From: a virus | Lineage: Duplodnaviria; Caudoviricetes | Reading direction: 5' to 3' (one strand) | DNA: 35,053 bases | Virus record (IMG/VR): IMGVR_UViG_3300049209_000023 | Location: 1 to 35,053 of that record | Part shown: piece by piece, positions 33,844-35,053 of the stretch | How positions within the stretch are numbered: the first letter of the stretch is position 1 | How the letters are laid out: the number at the start of each line of letters is the position of its first letter | Position numbers and translations under genes: made by a program | The notes under the pieces: model-generated | What the model was told of the DNA's origin: nothing | Database searches by the model: none | Seen by the model: only the letters and a program-made list of their open reading frames with translations

Positions 33844-34067
33844 CAGTCCTCGTTGATCCACTCCCACTCATCGGGAGTCCCGCCTTGTTTTCCATGCCAG
33901 TCAGGCCTAGTCCTGCGGGCTAGACCCTCTTCATGCATGGCCTTGAGATAGCGCGTTACTTGGGTCGGGCTGCATCCAAGCAGGCTAGCAAGCTCTAGGC
34001 GTGTCCTGCTCTTTTTCCTGAGCAACTGAACCGCAGCCATCGACATTTCTACAGGGCTTCTATTCAT
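33843..34067 (-). CDS. Winged-helix DNA-binding protein (paralogue of 6755..6979)
   Basis: RLELASLLGCSPTQVTRYLKAMHEEGLA. Confidence 0.75.
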   Translation of the reverse strand: MNRSPVEMSMAAVQLLRKKSRTRLELASLLGCSPTQVTRYLKAMHEEGLARRTRPDWHGKQGGTPDEWEWINED

Positions 34068-34438
34068 GCCACCCGCCTAATGCGCAACTGCTGGAGCTTC
34101 GCCAGCGCCTCAGCCTTGGCTGCGCTGACCTTCTGCTTTGCTTCCGGGTCTTCAAGGGCTTGGCGGTGGCGCTCCTGCTCTTCTAGCCAGGTATTGCCCT
34201 GCTGGACAGAGCCAGTAACCGCTTTGTGAGGAGTGGCGAACACACCACGCCATCCCTTCATGGTGGACTGGTCTAGGCAAGCGTTCGGGTCATAGCCCTG
34301 CGCTTTCAGGAGCTGTAGCTCCTTGAGGATCAAGGTAGCGGCGCGGACGGTGAATGGAACGGTCTTGCCCATGGCCTTACGCATGGTGACGAAACCGGCC
34401 CATGCCTCGGGGTCGATGTAGGGAGGGATGGGGATCAT
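34064..34438 (-). CDS. Stand-alone C-terminal-type domain of phage replication initiators
   Basis: P.YID.EAW..F..MRK....P.T.RA...L..L...G.DP...LDQS...GW.GVF resembles initiator C-termini; no N-terminal HTH. Confidence 0.6.
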   Translation of the reverse strand: MIPIPPYIDPEAWAGFVTMRKAMGKTVPFTVRAATLILKELQLLKAQGYDPNACLDQSTMKGWRGVFATPHKAVTGSVQQGNTWLEEQERHRQALEDPEAKQKVSAAKAEALAKLQQLRIRRVA

Positions 34439-34644
34439 GTGCGATCACCCAGCAAAACGTCGATGTGGGTGCCGTCCTTGCAGTTGATAAGCAATTGCTT
34501 GCCGCGTTGGTATCTTGCAACGTGTGTGTATCCGCCGCGCTTAGCGCAAAAATCCTCGGCAACTGCAATATCTTCCGGCTCGGTCATACTGGAGCAAGCT
34601 GTCAGCATCGCGCATGCCAAAAGAATTGAGGTCTTGGCACTCAT
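34435..34644 (-). CDS. Small lipoprotein
   Basis: Signal peptide with lipobox LTAC; ATGA coupling. Confidence 0.7.
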   Translation of the reverse strand: MSAKTSILLACAMLTACSSMTEPEDIAVAEDFCAKRGGYTHVARYQRGKQLLINCKDGTHIDVLLGDRT

Positions 34645-34859
34645 ACCGCCCACCCCATGCGATGAATGTAGAACCGCACCAGCCCATCGCGGCCAGTCTT
34701 GCGCGCCAGCACCTCTTTCTCTCGCAAGTGCTTATCGCCGGACTCCTGCACGCGCTTCCAAGGACAAGTGCTGATCCTCAGAGCCTCAAGCTCACCATAG
34801 GTCATTCCCTTGGATCGTGAGCGGCGGATTGCTTGGATGAGTTGGGCGGCTTGGGTCAT
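34641..34859 (-). CDS. Small basic protein (possible winged helix)
   Basis: GGAG RBS; MTYGEL...STCPWKRV.E motif. Confidence 0.7.
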   Translation of the reverse strand: MTQAAQLIQAIRRSRSKGMTYGELEALRISTCPWKRVQESGDKHLREKEVLARKTGRDGLVRFYIHRMGWAV

Positions 34860-35053
34860 GGTTGCTCCGTAAAGTCTGGGCACCGCTGCAACAGAAAAAC
34901 CGGCTTCTGCTTGCGGCTGGTGCAGAAGTCGACTCGCTTGATCTTTGAACACTCGACGCATGATCTGCGGTCATCGGATGCATCACGAGCAGACAGGTCG
35001 GCCGTGACGCGATCCGATATTGATGCAGTGAGGCCAAGCGAGCGCAGCTTGGC
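34856..35053 (-). CDS. 3' part of the junction-spanning Cys-rich protein
   Basis: Continues the ORF that starts at 139; its stop at 34856-34858 overlaps the next ATG. Confidence 0.8.
   Translation of the reverse strand, partial: AKLRSLGLTASISDRVTADLSARDASDDRRSCVECSKIKRVDFCTSRKQKPVFLLQRCPDFTEQP
34927..35053. repeat. Terminal direct repeat (assembly overlap), copy 2
   Basis: Identical to 1..127. Confidence 0.95.

Noticed and set aside
33412-33867. ORFs 33412..33807, 33635..33856 and 33631..33867
   Set aside because: They lack an RBS and protein-like features and overlie long inverted repeats, a promoter and a terminator.
1-35053. Alternative genetic code or stop-codon recoding
   Set aside because: All core genes are full length in the standard code, and no suppressor tRNA was seen.

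Overview
This is a complete, circularly assembled genome (34,926 bp plus a 127-bp end overlap) of a GC-rich P22-like podophage; a betaproteobacterial host is an inference. A divergent control region near 2.8 kb drives two early arms. The rightward arm has small accessory genes, a Tad2/DUF2829-like gene, recT, an HNH-like gene and ninG. The leftward arm has a LuxR-like HTH gene, a SNF2-helicase/DNA-methyltransferase fusion, a stand-alone initiator C-terminal-like domain and mosaic accessory genes. The late operon has terminases, portal, an inserted four-gene repeat-fibre module, scaffold, coat, gp4/gp10-like tail proteins, a GNAT, three ejection proteins, a tailspike and holin-like genes. I could not recognise an integrase, CI repressor, Q antiterminator, full-length initiator, exonuclease or endolysin. 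The most striking content is non-coding. (i) An ~750-nt leftward unit (33.1-33.8 kb) runs from a sigma70 promoter through a c4/CI-like self-antisense RNA, a stem-enclosed kissing-loop RNA and a G-rich structured tract to a perfect DnaA box; it is a candidate RNA-controlled, RNA-primed replicon. (ii) An ~750-nt late leader holds three related long-stem RNAs, a second copy of the kissing-loop motif and a tRNA-Gly. (iii) A double-T-loop, CCA-ended tRNA mimic lies at 5.7-5.85 kb. Four early promoters share one operator architecture, and the two early arms share four gene-boundary linker repeats that flank unrelated cargo. All assignments were made by eye, with no database searches.
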